From the NCBI RefSeq assembly GCF_009914755.1, contig NC_060926.1: 64,000 nucleotides of DNA; one strand, written 5' to 3'. The DNA comes from the human T2T-CHM13v2.0 reference genome, Homo sapiens. Positions 58,468 to 64,000 of the stretch are shown piece after piece. The notes below the pieces were generated by a model. It was not told the DNA's origin and did no database searches. It saw only the letters and a program-made list of their open reading frames with translations. The position numbers were made by a program, and so were the translations under genes. Numbering within the stretch: the first letter of the stretch is position 1; each line of letters starts with the position of its first letter.

Positions 58468-59404
58468 GTGAGTTCATACTTCAAGGAATACCCCCCCATA
58501 CAAGCACAACAATAACTAATAAAATTTTAAAATGAAAATTAACAAAAGCAAGAGAAGCCATTTTCTTTGTCCTGAAACAAAACAATAATTCCTACTCATA
58601 TAACTGAAATCAGGGAGAATGGTGCCTTGAAACTGCTGGCATCTAGGCCCAGAATCTGTGGGTAATAGAATCAAAAGCAGCCCAGGTCTTGTAATGGACT
58701 AGCACTAGGATTATTATACTAAACTGAAGTCTTGGGAAAAGTTGCCCCAACCTCTCTATTTAGCTAAAATCACCTGCAGAGAAACCTGGCTTAGTAAAAT
58801 CCGCAGTATCAACCAAAACAATATTGCATGGGAGCCCTAAGCCACCAGAACAAGATTTGTACTGACCTGAGAATGAATGAGACCAGGTGGAGACAACTAT
58901 AAAATGACTAGACTGGAATAATTAGGCAGAGAGAGAGAAACAACTCCCATTCAAGATAAGCATGCAAGTGAAAATTCCAGAGCCATTGATGGAATTAACA
59001 CTGAGGAAGACAGTAATAAGGAGATGGGTAGTAAATCCATTTTCTCTTATGAGCAAGCTGTTAGTCCTTAACTGTGTAATTCCAGCATGCATGCACACCC
59101 TGCTAAAGACTATCTTACTAACTTAAGAGTGTGTGTGTGAATGAATTGTGTGTATATGAAAAAATATGAAACTATGGAAGAAAACAAAAATACATGCCAC
59201 ACTCTAAATTATGTGATAGTAAAATAAACATTGCTAGTTTCAGAGTCACTGAAGAATGATTCAATATGTGGCTTCCCAGAATTCCAAAGTAATTTTCTTT
59301 AATATGTAAGTAGACAATAAATGCTCTTGACTATATTGAGAAGTTCCATCACGTTAACATTTATAATTTAGGTCCTAATGAGAGGCAAGAAAACACTGCA
59401 TTAA

Positions 59405-59515
59405 GAGTTAGATGATTTAAGCTCAGATCCAGTCCATACAGTTTGCCAGATGGGTGACCTTGGGTAAATCCTGTGGCCATCTTTCAATCTCATTTTCTCA
59501 TCTGTAAAATTATCT
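59405..59515 (+). mobile_element. MIR
   Basis: tgggtgaccttgggtaaatc ... tctcattttctcatctgtaaaat. Confidence 0.7.
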
Positions 59516-60445
59516 GACCACCTCGAACATGGGAATATAACAAGAAACAATAAAAGCACTTCCCTGCTTCATCAAATCTTACAAAATGAAAAAAGAAGAT
59601 ATATATGTCCATATTAATGCTTGAAAACAAGACAGAATGTCATTTATTGTGACAGAGAGTATAAGGAATTCCTGAGAATAGAAGCTGGTAGACTTGTACT
59701 GATGAAGCAGAAGTCTTCATCAAGAGGAACCACAAACTGAAACATGTTCAAGAGGAGAGAGCTCTTCCAGAAATTCCTGAGATAACTCAAATTGAGAGAA
59801 ATACATACCAAGAGCAGGCCAAACACATTCAACAATTATCAAAGGAAGAAATTAAAGAACTTACCCTTCCTCTGCCTACACTATGTACCATGAAACAGTA
59901 GTATTTTCTCTCTACTTAGACATTAAGGTAATACTATCTTTAAAAAAAAATAGTGGACAGTATATTTGGAGAGGGTACCTAAAACGGGTGTTGATTCTAG
60001 ACAGCATAGCCCAGCCTGAAGATAGAAGGGCGGTAGCCAATTCAGCATACTCTGAGCACTAATCCCTGAAATGGGGTCCAGATATAAGAACCCCACTGAG
60101 CAGGCCTTAAGAATGTGGCCCAGGTAATTTACTAGCGGAAATAGAAGTCCCTATGTGCAGAACAGAATCTTGTCCTGCACTCTGCTTCTCTTCTTCTGTA
60201 ACAACTTAAGCAAAGGCATGGTATTGAAAATAAAATCTACATCCACTAACAGTGATCCAGATGAATCAAAGACAAGATAAAATTATAACTCAACCTAACA
60301 AGAAATGAAGGAAATCAACTACATGAGAGATAGATACAAAATTTATTAAGGAGAAAATCCATCTTCTATGGGGGAAAACAATAATGGGAAAGAGAAATAT
60401 CCAAGAAGCTATCACATTTATAAAAATGTTTAAAGCAATATTTAG

Positions 60446-61312
<867 letters not shown>

Positions 61313-61409
61313 ATAAGAAATATGGAACATGTAAAATATCAAAATAAAAAGTAAAAACTCAAAAGCTGAATTGTTTAATAGATATCTGGAGACTGAATTT
61401 AGATCATCA

Positions 61410-62692
61410 TTGAAATATAAATTACATACATCAAGATACACAGATTATAAAGAATACATCTTAGCAATACATACCCCAACCAAAGTTTTCTAGTGCCTCT
61501 TCTTAGACAGTCCTAACCATTTCTCCAGCAAAACCTTTTCTGATTTCTATTACCATAAATTACTTTTGCCAGCTTTATAATAAAGGTTTGGAAAGTGAAA
61601 AATCTTGCCTTGTTCATAACCTTATTGAGAAAGGGTCCAATATTTTAACATCAAATACAATGCTATCTGTAGGTTTTCCATAGATGCCCTTTATCACGAA
61701 TTCCTAGTTTGTTGGGGCTTTAAGTCATAAATCGGCAAATATTATTAAATGTTTTTTCTGCATCTGTTGAGATAAGATTTTTAAAAATCTTAATAAATTG
61801 CAGTAATTTTTTAATGTTTCACTTGATATTATTATCTATTCTTTTTTAAAAATTTTTTCAAGAGACAGCATCTTTTCTTGCTGTTGCCCATGCTGGAGTG
61901 CAGTGGCACAATCATTGCTCACTGCAGCCTTGTCTTACTGGTCTTAAGTGATCCTCCTTTCTTGGCCTCCTAAACTGCTGAGATTATTGGTGTGAGCCAC
62001 TGTGTCCAGACTATTTTTTTAATATATTGATGGATTTAATTAGTATTCTAAGGGACATTAGGCTACAGATTTTCTTTAATTGTAATGTCTGTCTGGCTTT
62101 GGTATTAGAGTTTTGTTGGCCTAATAAGATGAAATAAGAACATTTTTCTCATCTATTTCCTGAAAAATAAGTTTATGTAGAATTTGTGGTTTTTCTTTCT
62201 TAAAGGTTTCAGTTCACCATTAAATAATAGGGATTTATTTATAGGGGGTAATTATAAATTCAACTTTCTGAACAGATATAGGGCTAGTATGATTTTCTAT
62301 TTCTTTTCGTGTCAGTGTTCTTAATTTGTATTTTTCTAGGAATGTGTCCATTTCATCTAAATTGACAAATCACATGAAATTATTCATATTTCCTTGTTAT
62401 TTTTTACTATCTAAAAGATTCATATTCACACATCCTCATCTATTTCTAGTAATTATCAGTCTAGCTAAGGGTTTATCAATTTTATTGATTTGTTCAAATA
62501 TTCAAATATTAGTTTTGTTTAATTTGATTTGAACAAATTTGATTTGTTCAAATGTTCAAATATTAGTTTTTCTCTATTTCTCCATTTTTCTGTTTTATTG
62601 TTCTCTAGTATTACCTTTATTATTTCAATATTCTACATACTTTGGGTTAATTTGCTTTCATTTATTCTATATACTTTGGGTTAATTTGCTTT
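61410..62692 (-). mobile_element. Degraded L1M fragments (3' UTR and ORF2)
   Basis: Antisense L1-like atcttgccttgttc, ctgtaggtttt..atagatgccctttatca, ttttctgcatctgttgagat and tctagctaagggtttatcaattttattga. Confidence 0.7.
61853..62011 (-). mobile_element. Alu monomer (FRAM/FAM- or AluJ-derived)
   Basis: Single ~160-bp arm: gctggagtgcagtggc...gctcactgcagcc...gtgagccactgtg. Confidence 0.8.
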
Positions 62693-63270
62693 GGGATGAG
62701 GATTAATTGGCAAAGAGCAAGTTTATGAAAAGTTCTACATTTTGGTGGGCATGTGGATAAATGAATGTGTGAATTTGTCAAAACTCATCAAATTACATAC
62801 TTAAGATTTTTGTATTCCACTGTATGTGAATTATCCCTTGACAGAACTGAAAACAAATATTAAACTCTCACTGGTAAGTTTAGGTTTTGCAGTTATTCAC
62901 AATTCTAAAACTGCTTTCCATGTATTCTAGACCTGAGCAAATGAATATTTATATTAAAGATAATTTAAGCCAGGGTTTTTACCACTAGAGAAGAAAGTCA
63001 CAAATGTGGAAAACAGCAAAACCCTGTAGAGTTAGTTTGGAACTGGAAGTACAATGTCTTTAACTGACTTCCAAATGTTTCCAAAAATAATATACTCTGT
63101 GTGTGTGTGTGTGTATGTGTGTGTCTAGAGAAAGAGAGAGAGAAGGAGCAATAGAGACATAATAAAGAAAAATATAAACAACTGGTAAAGAATATACAAG
63201 AGCTCCTTAACCTATTCTTGCTCTTTTTCCTGAAATAAATTTTGATATCATATAAAACTTTAAAAGTTAC
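62693..63270 (+). mobile_element. L1MC3/4-like 3' UTR
   Basis: Contains atttgtcaaaactcatcaaat, ttcacaattctaaaactgcttt...tgtattctag and aactgacttccaaatg; includes a (TG)n tract near 63098-63124. Confidence 0.65.
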
Positions 63271-64000
63271 CAAAAGTAAGTTCTGCTATACAAGTGAATA
63301 TTGACCTATTTAATCATTTAACAGGGAGGTGCACTCTTAGCTGGAGACAGGATGAGGAGACTGGCACTGATTCCTGCCTTAGGTAGGCATGGCAGTTTTC
63401 TGGGATGAAAAGGTAAAGAACAGAAGCACAGGGAACATTCTCTGGAAAGAAAACTGTTACGATATGTTTGTTCTTGAGGGACTCAAAATAGAAAATCCCT
63501 TTTCCTTTAAGAACACTTGCTGGAGGGGGTTGGGGGAGAGATAAAATTAAACATTGGCACAATGGTGCTGGAAGCCACTTTAGGAATAACTTCTATAACC
63601 TTTTTAGTAATTTTCCATGCTCCGGACAAAAAATTTTCTGTAACGTTCAGTTCTAAAAACAAATTGTCCTTTTTCTAAGAACTATGCAACATGCTCATTT
63701 CCACCTTTTTCCTTTCCTAATTTTAGAACAAAGCAAGCTGTTATTAGGTTGTCTTTTTGTATTTATCATGTAAAAAACTGCTGAAGGCTTTCTTGAAAAC
63801 TGAAATAAAAGAAATGTGGTATATTGTTTTCTTTTTCATTTTCCTTTTTCTTTTTTTGGTATGTGCATGTAAAGGTAAACATTTCAAATTGCCACAATAT
63901 AATTTAATTCCTCTCAAAGTCTGACAACGCCTTAATAACAACACATTATTCAAGGGCCTGTTTAAGGTTCCTGCCTCCATTTAACTTTTCATCTAAGTAT

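Overview
This window is AT-rich, CpG-depleted non-coding DNA from a catarrhine primate, most likely human or ape. The assignment rests on AluJ/S/Y, L1PA, THE1 and MLT2A elements. I cannot support any protein-coding gene, RNA gene or CRISPR array. The ORF-track entries are Alu-derived frames, decayed L1 ORF2 pieces, microsatellite read-through or chance ORFs. A large part of the window is transposon-derived: about 20 Alus, L1 fragments including a ~3.8 kb 5'-truncated L1MA, MaLR/ERVL/ERV1 solo LTRs, hAT and Tigger DNA-transposon derivatives, and MIR, L2 and CR1 relics. Several insertions are nested and keep readable target-site duplications (TSDs). Between them are repeat-poor islands that may be regulatory or carry lncRNA exons. 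I found no convincing new biological system. The most notable items are a 104-bp nested palindrome (56091-56194), a ~350-bp tandem duplication dated by an AluSc insertion, a candidate 142-nt exon (58326-58467), an AluYd-type 12-bp deletion, and several template-switch or microhomology scars. Repeat subfamily names come from recalled consensus sequences rather than an alignment. Boundaries of old repeats are approximate.
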